A stretch of 64,000 nucleotides of DNA from the human T2T-CHM13v2.0 reference genome, Homo sapiens, in NCBI RefSeq assembly GCF_009914755.1, contig NC_060947.1. One strand, 5' to 3'. This document shows positions 31,064-45,815 of this stretch, in pieces. Numbering within the stretch: the stretch's first letter is position 1; each line of letters opens with the position of its first letter. The position numbers were made by a program, and so were the translations under genes. Below the pieces are notes generated by a model that saw nothing but the letters and a program-made list of their open reading frames with translations, searched no databases and had not been told where the DNA came from.

Positions 31064-33639
31064 CTGCATATTTCAAGTTTTCTTGAGAAGAGTTTTCCAT
31101 TATTGTACCAAACATCATTCTAGTTTATATGGACTTTGGTATCAGGAAGTGGGTTGTTGAAAGTTAATAGATCCTATAATGTGGAACAGGCTGAATTATG
31201 AGAAGACAAGGATGATAAACCTCCCCCACCCCAACTCAAAATGATACTTGGTACATGATTAAAAAACAGTTGATTAAACAATGGTCTATTTTATCCTAAG
31301 TCATGTGCCTTACGAGTACCAACACTATTAGGAGATTTGATAGAAACAAAAATGTTGCCACCTACTGGCCTCTTTAAACCAAGAAAGAAAAAACCTCATG
31401 CTAATGGTTACTTGTTTTTGAAGTACAGAAAAAAAAGAAAATATAGCTTTGTCTGAAGAAGCCCTCTCTGCCTGTGGCTTATAACGTGAACGCCTTGAGA
31501 GGCTGATAATTTGGAGCCTGATATGAGTGGAAAAGCCAATTTGTATTTTTACTCCAAATCGAATGTTTGTATGAACAGAGACAGGAGAGGCAGAATGTAA
31601 GACTTAAGTACTAAAAAAAATCAACTATAGTGCTTCCCTAAAGCACTTTTGTGACAAAGTAGACGATCCCTCCTATCATGAAGAAGCAGCTTCTATGTAA
31701 TCTATACTTCAAAGATATACTCAAAGATTGGCTATGCCCTCTACCCCAACCCTGTGCTGCAAATTTTCTCAGTCAGGGGATTGTGCAAAGCACAGAGGCC
31801 TCTTAAAGATGTCAAAAGAGGTTAACATTTGAAGCCTAAAACCAAATCATAGAATTTGGGTTACTGGGTCATGGAATTGATAAGAACAAATACTGAAAGC
31901 CTATAAATAGTAAACAAATCTGATTGCCAAAGAAACCCCAGGTCTAACTAAAAACACCTTGTTATCACTCAAACCTAGGGCAAGCACCAGGACTTTTAAA
32001 CAACACAATAAGTAGAATAATAAAGTAACACAAAACCCCAAAATATGTCAACTTCAGATATCATGATGAAGACAAGTATTTAGCAAAATTTATAATGAAC
32101 AGAAGGAAAAATCACCAGGAAGGCTCTGAAAGTGCAGGATATAATATCTGTTTCAATTTGGTTTCTTTTATAAATTTAGTTTAGTTTTAATCAGGATGTG
32201 CCCTTCTAACTTTTTACTTAGCAGTACTGGACATCAAATTTTTTCACTTAGTCATAGTCCACTGGATGGATCATAAAGACTAATTGAAAGGGACTGCTAA
32301 TCACCCAGATATCCCAACCTTGGAGCTGAATGCAATCACTGGATAATGTTTTATACTTGCTCTTTTTGAGGAGTCTGAGCATCTTTGAAAGTGAATATAT
32401 GCTATGAAGGGTGTATAGCAATGTTGGATATTCAAAGAGGAGGACTGTAGTAAGCACTGCAATTATACAGTCAATATCCTTTCTTCTACTCTCTGATGGC
32501 ACAGTAGCCTGGTGATTTGGAAAGCATTGTTATTACTCTCAGTTCTAGATATGCGCTCGGTTTTTGTGCAAGCCAAGTGGGATACTGCTATGTACTTTGC
32601 TTCAGGGAGGTGTTCAGGCCAGGCATATGATCTAAGAGTTTCCAAGCAGAGAGAAACTCAGACCTTTTGTTTCCTATTTGGGTAAAGATATATTCTTTAC
32701 ATTTAGCTGTAAACAAGGGAAAAGAGTTTCCAAGATCTGCTGAGGGAAGCCGGTCTGTATGAGTTCGAAAAGTTATGGAGGGTAGGCTTAGATTAACAGA
32801 GAAGCAAAGACTTCTCCTTAAATCCATAATAAAACTCTGTATTAAACCCTTGAGCAAACCTTGAACTCTTTACTTAGCCAACAAATTCTCTTTGTATCTT
32901 GAGTACATTTGAAACCAAGCATCCTAAATAATACAGGATATAATAGACTTTAATGTTCTTCATCAACTTAATAAATCCTTAAATAATCAACAATCATTCT
33001 AATATGTACTTATATCATCTTCAGTGCCGAATGTTCTGATTTCAAATTCAATGTTCAATTGCTCAGTTCACCAAATCTAGTTAATTGCTGTTAGTCAAAA
33101 AGCATTCTCATTAATGACACTGATGCTATTATCAATAAAATGGAGTCATTTTGAATTGGTTTGCTTATTCATCAAATGGAATTTTTAGAAAGGATGTATT
33201 ATCTTACTACAACTAGGATGCCAAATGGGAATTTAATGCACCATTTTTTCACAGGCTTGCTATAAATCAGAATCTTTAAAACATTTCTCTCCAATTCTCT
33301 CTCTTCCACTCCTGAAAGAGATGGTAATATCATCTGAATCTCTTTCAAGGAAAAAAGATTAATGAAGTCATCTGTTGATAGATTTCACAGCAATTATTCT
33401 TCCTCATTACCAGTTCCCAAACTTCACCTTTCATTTTATAAAGTAACCTTTATTTTAAACCTGCCTGTATTTTACCTTCTTATTTTCTGGTTGCCTGATT
33501 TATAATTTGTCATTATATTGCTTATATATTCATCCACTTTTAGTAAATCATGAAGTGTGTGCATAAGTGTGTTTATGAAAACCCAACCTTTCCTCTAATG
33601 ATAGCTTCATAAAGCTCTATGTTGTGTCATTTTAGCATA

Positions 33640-33880
33640 CAGGTTAATAGAATCAATTCTGGAATGAGATTGTGTGTGTGTTCAAATCCTGGCACAGCTG
33701 CTTTTCATGTGCATAACTGTGCACAGATTTCTTAACCAGCTTATCAATTTTCTCAAGTGTAAAATGGATATATTAACAGAATCTTCTCAATAGGGTTGTT
33801 ATAAACATTGAATTAATGTATGAAAAGTGTTTACAGCAATGTTTGTTATATAATGATTGTCCAATATCAGTTAGTAATTT
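33640..33880 (+). mobile_element. MIR SINE
   Basis: gttcaaatcctggc...ttttctcaagtgtaaaatgga...tctcaatagggttgtt. Confidence 0.7.
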
Positions 33881-35744
33881 TTGTGACATTATTCATCATC
33901 ACAGACATTATCTAAGAGTAACTGGTTCATTATCTAAGATCAACACTCAGGAAGGAGCTTAGGCTAATAAAATGATTCAGAGCCCAGAAATTGGAAAACT
34001 TGGGTTGAGTGACATACCTATCAGTTTCTAACCATACTACTTTGGTCAACTCATTCAAGATATATAAGGTTGTTTTTAGTTGACAGAGTTAAAAATTTCA
34101 TCTTTTATCTCACAAGTAAGCTCACTGGGGCATAAATAATACAAAGCACGTAAAAGGGATATGAACATTTTATAAGGTGTGAAGAATCCCTCTTATACAT
34201 AAGAGCATAACACATTCTTCAGTTGAAGCAATAGAGCCCTTTCACTACCTGTTCTGGGAATGGCTCAACTTATGTAGCACTTGCTCTTGTCTTTCCACGA
34301 ACACAAAGTTTGCAGCTGAAACATGAAACCTCTTTCCTGCTTCCCAATCTACCAGATTTTCAACATGGATAATATAACATAAAGGACTTATCTGTCTGTA
34401 CCATAGAAATAAGTAGTATTTTGCCTGGCTTTCCAAGTCCTCAGAGTCTCACCATACCCTATTTTTCTCAGAATTTCATTGCCATTTTGGGGCAATGAAT
34501 TCTTTTGAGAATATGATTGAAATTCTGGATCCTTTACACTATGTGTACACAAAAATGTTTGGAGATTGTGTTAGCGGGATTGTGGACGCTATTATGCACA
34601 TTTAACAAACTCTTAGGGTTTTATAAACTGTGATGATTGTTATACCATTTTATTTATCTGCACCGGCTTATCATTACAAGCTCAGTTAACATTCTCCATC
34701 CTTCAGTAATTAGTAATGTTAGCCCGTGTCTTTAAAAAACAAAACAAACACATATGTATTGAGGTATGATGTCCTCTGATTATATATCTTAATGTAGTAT
34801 TTTATTTTATAGTGTACTATTTACCAGTTCTGCCAGTGTTAATCATTGTCCGTAATTAGAATATTATTTCCTATCTTCAGTTTTCTCTATTAAATTGTGA
34901 TTTTTGAAGACCATGTCACTATTTTCCTGATTTTCATTTATTGAAATTGAAAAATATATGTAAGAGTTTTTCATTTATTGACATTTAAAAATATATGTAA
35001 AAGAGTTTTACATTTTTAAATTACATGTTTTATTTATTTTTGCATGTTTTAAAATATGTAATTTCACTGACAAATGAAAATTCAGAGAAATGAAACTCCT
35101 ATAAAATTAATTGAAAAGAGTCTAGTGTAAAATATTCTGAATATAACCTTTGTTCTAAGTACATATATAGATGTATAACCACACAAATAATTTATTTTTT
35201 CAAAACCAGTCACAATGTTGTCTTAGCTACATTTTCAGTTATTTAATGTATTGTAAAAATATGCCATGCAATTAAACTCTTTTATATCTTAACTTTGTAG
35301 TGGCTTCATGGTATTATATCATTTGGAGATATAATTTATTTAAAGAAACTAACAGTATATTCACATGTGCATATTTCCACTGAACACACATTAATTTCAT
35401 TAACAAAAAGAAATACAAGACCAAAGAAGTTGACCTCTAAACTATCTTCCTATACTTCTAATGTGAACACTATTCAATCATCTCATAATTTAAATTAAAA
35501 TGAAATAAACTACATAGGCACTGGAATTTTGTTTCTTTCTACCTCTTAAAATTTGGAATGCTCCCTTAAAATTAATAGATTCCAATAACTTACAAGAAAA
35601 TACCCACCTTTACACAAAGTTACTATAAAAATCCTTCATGTGTGATTAAAAAATAATATTTACATGTTTACTTTGTGATCAGATTTATACTTAGCAGCTC
35701 AATTTTTAGAATAATGATATGAGGAAATAACTATTATGAAGCCA

Positions 35745-36260
35745 TTTTATCAAAAAAAGAGCAAAATATCAGGATCTCAAAGAGCTATTAGCACTCCAGT
35801 GCTCATTATAGCACGATTAAAAATAGTCACGATGTGGGAACAACGTAAATGCCCGATAGCTGAATGGATAAAGAAGATGTGGTAAATACATACAATGGAA
35901 TTTTATTCAGTCTTTAAAAAGAAGGAAAACTTGCAATATGTGACAAGTTGGATGAACCTTGAAGGTATATTGTAAATGAAAAAAGCTAGACACAGAAATA
36001 CAAATACTTCATGATTCTACTCACACCAGGTATCTAAAATTGCCAAACTCAGAGAATCAGAGATTAGAGTGGTGGCTTTTAGAGGCTGAAAGGAGGAGAA
36101 AATGGGGAAATGCTAATTAATGGGCATAAAATTTTCATCATGCAAGATGAATAAATTCTAAAGATCTGCTACACAACGTTGTCTCTAATAATACTGTATT
36201 GTACACTTAAAATGGTTATTTGATAAATCTGTTGAGTGTCCTTACAGAAGAAAAGAACAG
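35745..36260 (+). mobile_element. L1MA/MB 3' end
   Basis: atcaggatctcaaagagctattagcactcc...gaatggataaagaagatgtggt...caagatgaataaattctaaagatctgctacacaac. Confidence 0.8.
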
Positions 36261-36475
36261 TTTTAACAAATGTTTTATGTATCACAAAGCAGATGATGAT
36301 GCCCTATGGTGTTTCTTGCTAACAATTTTCAACACATTTTTTATGTAAGGTGAAATGTCAACTAAAATATCCAAATAGACAAAAGTGAGCACAATGTGCA
36401 GTAATATACCTTAAGTCACACATTTAGTAAGTAGCAGAACCAGAATTACAGATAAAAGTCAGACTGATTAGCAAC

Positions 36476-36530
36476 TGTGTTTGCGTGTCCGTGTGTGTGT
36501 GTGTGTGTGTGTTGTGTTGTGTATGTGTGT
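36476..36530. repeat. (TG)n microsatellite, imperfect flanks
   Basis: Core (GT)11 at 36491-36512. Confidence 0.9.
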
Positions 36531-37867
36531 ATGGGTGGGTGCCTACATGCTTAGTATATTTTAATCTCCTAAAATCAAAGGGCAACTGTCCAGGCCAATA
36601 TGAGTACATTCTACGAAACAAGAATAAACACTAACATGTGATCCCTTCTCTACTCCTCCCTCATTCTCTCACAGTCAGAGTTATATTATCTTTCCCTGCC
36701 CCATGACCAAAAAAGAATCTGTGCTTTTCACATTCTGTCCTTTGTGAAGAGAAAATTTGACTGGTCAACATAAACTTACGCACGTTGTCACTCCTGTGAA
36801 TAATTCTAATAAATAAATGACTAGGAACTTTGACTCCCTCCTAACAACTTTGGCAATAAAACAGATTTTTAAACATATAATTTGCATAAGTTAATCATGT
36901 AAATATAAAAATTTAAACATAAAACAAATGTACTGAAAGAAAAAACAACTATTATGAGGTCATGTATAACAATAAAATCACCACTGATAAACCTAACACA
37001 CTAAAAAGTAAGATAAGTCTCAAAGTCACTGGAAAAAAATATGTAATGAAAAATTTAAAGTTATAAATCTTACAAAAATATAGGACAGTGCCTAATTATC
37101 TGAGTGATTAATATTGCTAGGTATGCTAGGGGAGATCAGCCAATGCTTAGTCCAGTGTTATAGTTGAGCCTTTTGTATTTCTACAGTTATATGTTTTGCT
37201 TCATGATATGGTATAATTGGAGTTATTCCACAGGGGAAGTTAATAGAAGGAAAGAATAAAGATCAGAACAAAAGTAAATAAAATAGAAACTAGAAAAACA
37301 ATAGAAAATAGTAACAACGAGGTTTTGGTTTTTTTTTTTGTGAAAAGATAGACTGGCTTGTTCTTGACATTTACTGATTCCACAATATGCAATTCAGATT
37401 TAGTAAAGAACATTTACTGAATGGAAATTGTCACCCAACTCTTTCTGGTTTTTTGTCCTTGTTAAGTGAATGAACAAAATTGGCGAAAAATTTTATGTCC
37501 GAAAGTTCTTAAAGTCTAGGGGAAACATTTCTTATGAACTAAATGTAATTCAAAAACATTTAACAGAAGGAATCTTAATGTCAGGCAGTGAGAAAAAATA
37601 GAAAGTCAAAGATCTCTAAAGATGGGGGTGATGAAAAAGAAAAGGAACTGCCTTTTATGAAAATGGAAATACTATTTTGTTTACTGGGGGGTAGATTTAG
37701 GTAAATAATAAAATAGAAGTTTTAATTGGCAAAGCGAAAAACACTTAAAACATGCTGAAAAAGACCACGTCAATCAATTTTACTCACTTTAAACATGTTT
37801 TTTTCATTCCCTTTTCACAGTATACTGAGACTGAAACTGACACAAGAAACGTTCACTAAATTGTTGA

Positions 37868-38206
<339 letters not shown>

Positions 38207-38786
38207 AAATTTTTGTACTCTTAAAAAACTAAGCTATCATATTGATTATGACCATGACACATATGACCATGAAAATATTTTTCTAATATTTAACGTAACG
38301 TTTAGAAACATCACTAAGAACTTCAAATACAATCAAAATACTGACTTTGAATATTGTTTTTTTCAAAGGCCTGACGTTTTTGTCCAACACAAATAAGACT
38401 GTCTTCACAACTGGTCCTCAGGCACTGAGTAGAGTAAGTTTCTCCAAGCCAAAGGCTGTCTATAAATCTTAATCTACTTTTGTACACTACTAAAATTTCC
38501 TCTCATGGAATGGTGAAAAATCTCCAATAATTCTTATGCTTTAATTTATTGAGAAAAACAATTATTTCATTCAAAATTAGGTATTACATCTCAAATTATG
38601 AATGCCCAATATTTGTTAAAAGACTCATATATTTAATATTACTTCAAAAATTAGTGAAAACTTTATATAAGCCAATATTTTCAAAATGTACTTAAAAATA
38701 GAAATTTCATTTTGAGCCTCAACATTGTTTGCTGTCTCTCTCCCCCCATCAACTCTCCTTCCACCCACCCCAACCTTTCTCCCCAG

Positions 38787-38822
38787 CACACACACACAGA
38801 AACACATACACACACACACACA
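38787..38822. repeat. Interrupted (CA)n
   Basis: cacacacacacagaaacacatacacacacacacaca. Confidence 0.85.
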
Positions 38823-39664
38823 GTCAAAGTTGTTTTGAACAGAAAACCCTCAGGCTACGCCCCTTATATTTGAGACGGGAGTGGGGGTAACAGTCCACAG
38901 CTGCTCATCTACTTCTGGTACCTTCTCTAGCCTTATTTATTTCCTAGTTACATATTTTACATCACTTTTCACTGATTTCTTCTCCATACATTTTCTACCT
39001 TTGACCAGTAAGTGATAGTTTTCCTCTTTATCTAATCTTTTTGCTATTAGGCGATAAAGAATCTTAGAGCAGCAAAGATTCCAAAATATCTGTTTCGTCC
39101 ATCTCTTAAGCATAGGGTTATTTCCATGGCTTTAGTAATACCATTTATTGAAATCATGTCCCACCTAAAGTATTTTCATTCTTTTCTTATCTAAGCCTCG
39201 TAAAAAGCTCTGTTCAAGATGAACTTACTCTATGGAAATCTTCCTGAGTACGAGTCGATGGACCATTGTAGGATGCATAAACTGCCGATTCTTGGATCCC
39301 ATTCATCACGCTAGTAATAAGCCTTATATATCCATATTTGTACGATCTCTCCAATCACTGAATTTAGTTTGGAAAAATCAAACATGTGTTTGAAATACAA
39401 GGTAGCATATCCCACCTTGTATTACTCATTCTTTTATACGTAACTCTTCTATTACGATGAGGTTGATGGGATTAATAATTCATAGTAAGAGAAGGAAGAT
39501 GACGTAAAACTGTGCTGCAGCAGGGTTTATATTGCAGGACCTGCTTCAAAACCCTGAACAATATATTAGATTCACGGGCAGCTGCTCCCTTAAGTATTGC
39601 TGTTCACTCAACTCTTAGAATATACAATACAATCGCAAACTGGGGCATATAAAAGAAACGTGAT

Positions 39665-40130
39665 GCTTTCATTCATTTGATCAATATGCTTTATGTACCT
39701 AGTATATATTCTAGTCCTTTTCCTCTTGGAGTTTTTACTCATTAGGGAAAAACGACCTGCAAATATCGTAATGTCAGTAGTGATAACTACAATGAGGAAA
39801 AAAATTAAAGCTTTGAAAGAAGACAGAACAATGGTAGTGGCATATCAAATAGGGTAGTCAGAAAAGATCTCTTTGCAGTCTAAGGTAAAGGAAGTGCGCC
39901 ATATGAATAACTGGGGGAAAAACCCTTCCAGGAAGAGGGAGATACATGTGTAAAGTCACTGAACTCAAAGTATGCTTGGCGTATTTGATGCCAAGCTAGT
40001 AGGCCAGTGTATCTGGAGCTGAGAAATGGGGTTAAGGGTAGGAAAGAAGGTAGGATACCTATAGGGAACAAATCACGATGGTGTTTTGGATTTTCTTCCG
40101 AGTGTAAAGTGAAATTATTTCAGGATTTAG
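39665..40130. mobile_element. L2 LINE fragment
   Basis: ttcattcatttgatcaatat...aaatagggtagtcagaaaagatctct...ggccagtgtatctggagc. Confidence 0.65.
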
Positions 40131-40699
40131 AACTACTCTCAACATCTTCTCTACTTACTCAGTTTGTAAATTCCTTAAGGGCAATAATATGGCCATATAT
40201 GTTCCCCATGCTTGGTTCACTGTCTCTCATTCCATAATAGTTACCACTATTCCACAAGACCCATCGATTAGAATTATGGATTTAAGGCTTGCAAAGGAGA
40301 AGAAAGCTCATCTTAGACAGCTATATGGTTCCAGTACATAGTAAGTGAACATATTAATAAGCCATGTGTCCCGTGACCGACTGCCTTTTACAACCAGTCT
40401 CATTAGGTAGTCTATACTTAAACACTACTCTGACAGAGGGCTCACTATCCCCCAAAGCCTTTTATTGCATTTTGAGACATTTCTATTAGCGAGTATTCAA
40501 ATATCACATATTTGACCCCATGAATTTTAGCAAGTTAACTTAGTTTATGATTTCAATTTTGGAATTTAATTTTTTATGCTTGAAGAGTTCATATCAAAAA
40601 AAACAAATTTTGAGAGCATGGCCATGTTTTTATTTCATAGTTCATTTTGTCCTTAGATGTTTCTGACAACATAAATTTAGCAGTGTAGCAGTTATTAAC

Positions 40700-41000
40700 A
40701 CCATTCATATTTATTTCCAGCTTTCTACCTTTGAGACATGTAATACGAATATATTTCTTAGTTCTAAGTTGGGTGAGACCATGTAACTAGTTGTGCTCGT
40801 GAGTTGTGAACTGAAGCAGATATGTCACTTCCAGTTCAAGCAATTAATTGCCAGCACAAGACCTTTCAGAATTTTCTTTCCCTTTGCGGAGTGACTGGGA
40901 GTATCCTAGATAGTAGCTGTTTCATCAGGCTGGGTTTCCAAATGACCACAATGAATAGCGTTCCCTTGCTGATTCACAGTGCACATTGGAATGAAAAAGT
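40700..41000 (+). mobile_element. ERVL LTR (LTR40/LTR16-like)
   Basis: accatgtaactagtt...gaagcagatatgtcacttccagttcaagcaattaattgccagcacaagacc. Confidence 0.55.
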
Positions 41001-41225
41001 TATTATAACATAGTGAAATTTAATAACCAGATCTAGAATGACTGGTTTAGATGGCACTTAATAAACATTAAGTGACTAGTAACACATTCTAACAGCAGTC
41101 TTTAACCTGCATATTGTGATACATTAGTAAATCTCCAAACCACAATTGGGTTATCATGGTAAAGAGCTTTATGGTAGTTTCTAGGACATACTAATTACTC
41201 AATAATTTTCTATTGAAAGAAGGAG

Positions 41226-41796
41226 TGGCGATTCCTCAGGGATCTAGAACTAGAAATACCACTTGACCCAGCCATCACATTACTGGGTATATACCCAAAG
41301 GATTATAAATCATGCTGCTATAAAGATACATGTACACGTATGCTTATTGTGGCACTACTCACAATAGCAAAGACTTGGAATCAACCCAAATGTCCAACAA
41401 TGATAGACTGGATTAAGAAAATGTGCCACATATACACCATGGAATACTATGCAGCCATAAAAAAGGATGAGTTCATGTCCTTTGTAGGGACATGGATGAA
41501 GCTGGAAACCATCATTCTCAGCAAACTATCGCAAGGACAAAAAACCAAACACCGCATGTTCTCACTCATAGGTGGGAATCGAACAATGAGAACACATGGA
41601 CACAGGAAGGGGAACATCACACACTGGGTCCCGTAGTGGGGTGGGGGGAGGGGGAAGGGATAGCATTAGGAGATATACCTAATGTTAAATGATGAGTTAA
41701 TGGGTGCAGCACACCAACATGGCACATGTATACATATGTAACTAACCTGCACATTGTGCACATGTACCCTAAAAGTATAATAAAAAAAAAAAGAAA
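41226..41796 (+). mobile_element. 5'-truncated L1PA (L1PA4-like) 3' end, ~570 bp
   Basis: tggcgattcctcagggatctagaactagaaatacc through poly(A); TSD gaaagaaggagtg (41215-41227 and 41797-41809). Confidence 0.96.
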
Positions 41797-41990
41797 GAAA
41801 GAAGGAGTGAATGTAACCATTCACCTAACAAGAAGTTTTTGAGACATATTGCCTCAATATTTCAAGGGCCACTGAGTAATAATGACTTATTTGTTTAAAA
41901 ATTAAGACGGTAAAAATAGTAAGTTGTTAAATTTCCAATGAAAAAAATTGCACCATAGAAGCAAAAGTGAAATGTTATAGCACATACAAA

Positions 41991-42004
41991 ACACACACAC
42001 ACAC

Positions 42005-42047
<43 letters not shown>
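41991..42047. repeat. Long compound (CA)n microsatellite
   Basis: About 28 units with two TA interruptions. Confidence 0.95.
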
Positions 42048-42049
<2 letters not shown>

Positions 42050-44267
42050 GTGTATACATAATGGATTTAGAGTTCTAGTTATGAGGATGAGACTAGGGAA
42101 ATAGGCACAGAGATAAAGTGCTGTTAGAGACAACCCATATGTATAACTTCGAATAGAACATACTCCCTATGTAAGTGTTTAGTATTATTGGTAGATATGT
42201 GTATTGCTGTATGTATATACCCACACACACACATATATATGCACACGTAACACACAGATATATACTCTATTTGAAAACTTTGCTTATAATCTAACCATGT
42301 ATCAGTGCTATCTTTACAGCATGGTATTAAGTATATAACTATAGCATGAATTTTAAAGATTTCATGATATTGCATTAAAAATATTTACCCTAAGTTTTAT
42401 TAATCCTATGGTGATCACTATTCAAGTGTTTATTAAACTTTCCCTCTTTGAAAACCTGTTTTAACTATGTCTTACATCATTTCATTTACCAGATTATTAC
42501 TCCTAAATTTAAATTTTGTGATTAAAAAATTATGCACCAGAAGGACAGCATCAATTTATTCTGTCATAAGCCCTCTTACAACTTTTGATGTTTCCTGTTT
42601 CTTTATGTTCTGCAAAATTATCAGTATTATCACTGTTTCAATCTGCCTATCTGGTAGTTAAAAATAATTTGATTGTTTATATTATATTTTTTTATTAAGT
42701 AGATGGTATGTCTTTTTACATACTTAATGATATATGGGCTTTTTCGCTTTTGTCATTTTCTGGCTCATGTTCTTTATGAATTTTCCTATTGGGGCATTCT
42801 AGTTTTACTTATTGATTTATCAGCATTATTTATATATGAGGGCTATCAATCCTTCGTATGTTATAAATGTTACTAATAATTTTCCCAACTTTATATTTGA
42901 CTTCTAACTTTCCTTAGAGTCTTTCTTAAAAGCATCATAACCAATACATGATGCAAGAATTGCCATACTAAATTCCTTTATTGACTCCATAAATAATTAA
43001 CTATAATCATGCTCTATGAAGCAATAGAAATGTTAAGATTTTTAAGAGCTTATAAAAACTTTATTTCACATTTATTCCTGGCTTCTAGGATCAAGTGGCC
43101 AATAAGCAATTATTAAATTAATGGTAATACTACAGTGCTTCCGGCATACTTGTTCCTGAACTATTTGAGGTACCAAATAGTTAAAATGACTTTAATCACC
43201 TAGCTCACCTGAAATTTAAATTATAAAGTAGAAGTAGAAGAATCCACGGGCTAATCTTATTTCTCATTCCATTAATGATCTAAATTTCTTCTTGAAATGA
43301 CTTTTTCAGGTATTATAAAGTAAATTTGAATGTTTCAGAAAGAGGACTACATATCTTAGGAAGCAGATAATTGCCACTGGATTTAGCAATCTGACACACA
43401 ATATAGAAATTTCTAATTAAAGTTCTATTTTTATAATGCTAATCTTTCAGCCAAAAATTTCCTTGGGACATGTTATAATGAAGATAAAATGTACTAAGAT
43501 TTTAAATTGACCAGAGTTCCCAGAGACACCTAATAAACATTTTCATAAATATTCACTATAAGTAAGTTTTATTGTGAAGTAATCCCATTGTTATACATAC
43601 CTCTCATCATTGGCATCATTACACTTTAAATAAGTTACCTAATAGAAGTAAGTATTTAAAATGCTAAGCTTGAAAATCTGGATTTGCTACACATAAAAGA
43701 GGAACATGACTTTATGTAGCTGAATTGGTATGCAGATGATCTAGAAATGAGGAGTTTCATAACGATACCATCAACTCATCATTAATCCTTCCAAAGATAG
43801 TTTATTTCCCCAAAGATTTAATTGATAGCATTCTCATAATTTAAAAAATGACTGTATTTCTATTAAACTTTATAATGAACAAAATATGTGACCGTTAATT
43901 ATGTGTTGATTTTAAAGTCACTCTAATTATTACTAAATAAGGTATCTCTTCAAAAGAATTAATATTTTTCTTTACATTGACATGCTTAAGGGGGTAAACT
44001 CTTAGTGAAAACAAAAAAGTTTGCTAGTAGATTTGAGACCCACATGGATTTAACACATGTATGACATAATAGGAGGCTCTGTGTTAATCTACAAGTTTGG
44101 TAACAAGTTTATGTTGATTAACCAAGCATTATTACATTTTTTCACTGATATTATTTGTAGATAAAGACCACAATATGCAAGGATATGTGCTGCCAGAATT
44201 CTATAGCAGGGATTAAAATTAGGCATGGGTATCCACTAATTATACATTTTAAGGAATATATCTGTAT

Positions 44268-44558
44268 GGCCGGGCACAATGGCTCACATCTGTAATCACA
44301 GAACTTTGGATGGCCAAGGCGGCTGGATCACCTGAGGTCAAGAGTTCGAGACCAGCCTGGCCAAAATGGGGAAACCTCGTCTCTACTGAAAAATACAAAA
44401 ATTAGCTGGGTGTGGTGGCAGGCACCTGTAATACCAGCTACTCAGGAGGCTGAGGCAGGAGAGTTGCTTGAACCCAGGAGGCAGAGGTTGCATTGAGCCA
44501 AGATCGTGCCAGTGCACTTCAGCCGGGGCAACAGAGCAAAAACTCCATCTCAAAAAAA

Positions 44559-44594
<36 letters not shown>

Positions 44595-44597
44595 GAA
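44268..44597 (+). mobile_element. AluS-type SINE with A24 plus (GAAAA)n tail
   Basis: ggccgggcacaatggctcac start, full dimer. Confidence 0.95.
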
Positions 44598-45344
44598 ATG
44601 TATCTAAGTTTTCATTTTCAATCATGGTTGTCATGTATCTTAATTATGATGTTACAACACTTTGAATATAGTTTCATTAAAATATAAGGTTAATAATTTA
44701 AAGAGAAAAGATTAAAAATATTAAAATATTTTCTGAAAACAAAATAGATTGTAATAAAATTAATGCAAAAAAGAAAATCAAATTACTTAATGAATGTAGA
44801 AACTAGAGATCGCCCTACAGAAAATGTGACAGTGTGATGAATTAGCTTAAAATAATTATAATCCTTAAGAAGACATCATATTTAACAAAATTCAGGATAT
44901 CAGGATCCTAGACCAAATATTTCTGCTCTGTAATCTTAGGTACATGACTTAGCATATCTCAGCTTGAGTGTCTTCACCTGTAAAATGAAAGGTGTAGAGG
45001 TTTCAGTGTCTACTTAATATTCTTGGTATTAAATTACACATACAAATTATTTCCAAATGGATTTGAAATTTCATTTGTGCTAGAAAGCAATTAAGTGGCC
45101 ATTTCGGCTCCTACTCTGTGACACTTATGTGCAAGGACATTCTCAAACTTCTTAATCAGGAGCCTGGATATTTGAAGATCTGTACAAGCTTACCTAAAAC
45201 AAGTACAGTCATCAGTAAGTAGAGTGCACTTTATTGAACACCTGTTAGGCACCATGCTAGCCACATTTCCCAACTAACCTGGATTCTTCAGAAGAATCTT
45301 GTAAGTTCTGACAGATTGTATTTTTTTAAGATGGATACAATATG

Positions 45345-45815
45345 TTTCATCTTACATGTTATTCTTCGGATGTAACACTGATACTTCTCCATCAAGAGTT
45401 GGGTTTATGTTTCTGCCCCTTGACTAGGATGGACCCCTGACTATGGAAGAAGTTATACTATGTGACTTCCAAGACTAAGTCACAAAAGGCAATAGAGTTT
45501 CTGCTTGGTACTCTTTGGGTCACTTACTCTTGGAATCCAGCCAGCATTTAGTGAGTGACTGCAGATTAAATAAGGCCACATATACATGTTCCAGCCAACT
45601 GCCCTGGCTGAAGTTCCAGCAGTAGCCACCAGGCATGTTAGTGAAGAAGCCTTCAAAATGACTTCAGCTTCATCTACTATTTTATTACACCTATATGAGA
45701 AGCCCTGAACCCATCTGAGACCCAGAATCAAAAGAGATAATAAGAAAAACGAATGTTGTTTTTATAAGCTCCCAAGTTTTGAGTTGATTTGCTATATGGC
45801 AATAGTTACTGGTGA
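45345..45815 (+). mobile_element. MaLR solo LTR (MLT1F/G/H-like)
   Basis: ctccatcaagagttgggtttatg...tgtgacttccaagactaagtcacaaaagg...aagttttgagttgatttgctatatggcaatagttact. Confidence 0.7.
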
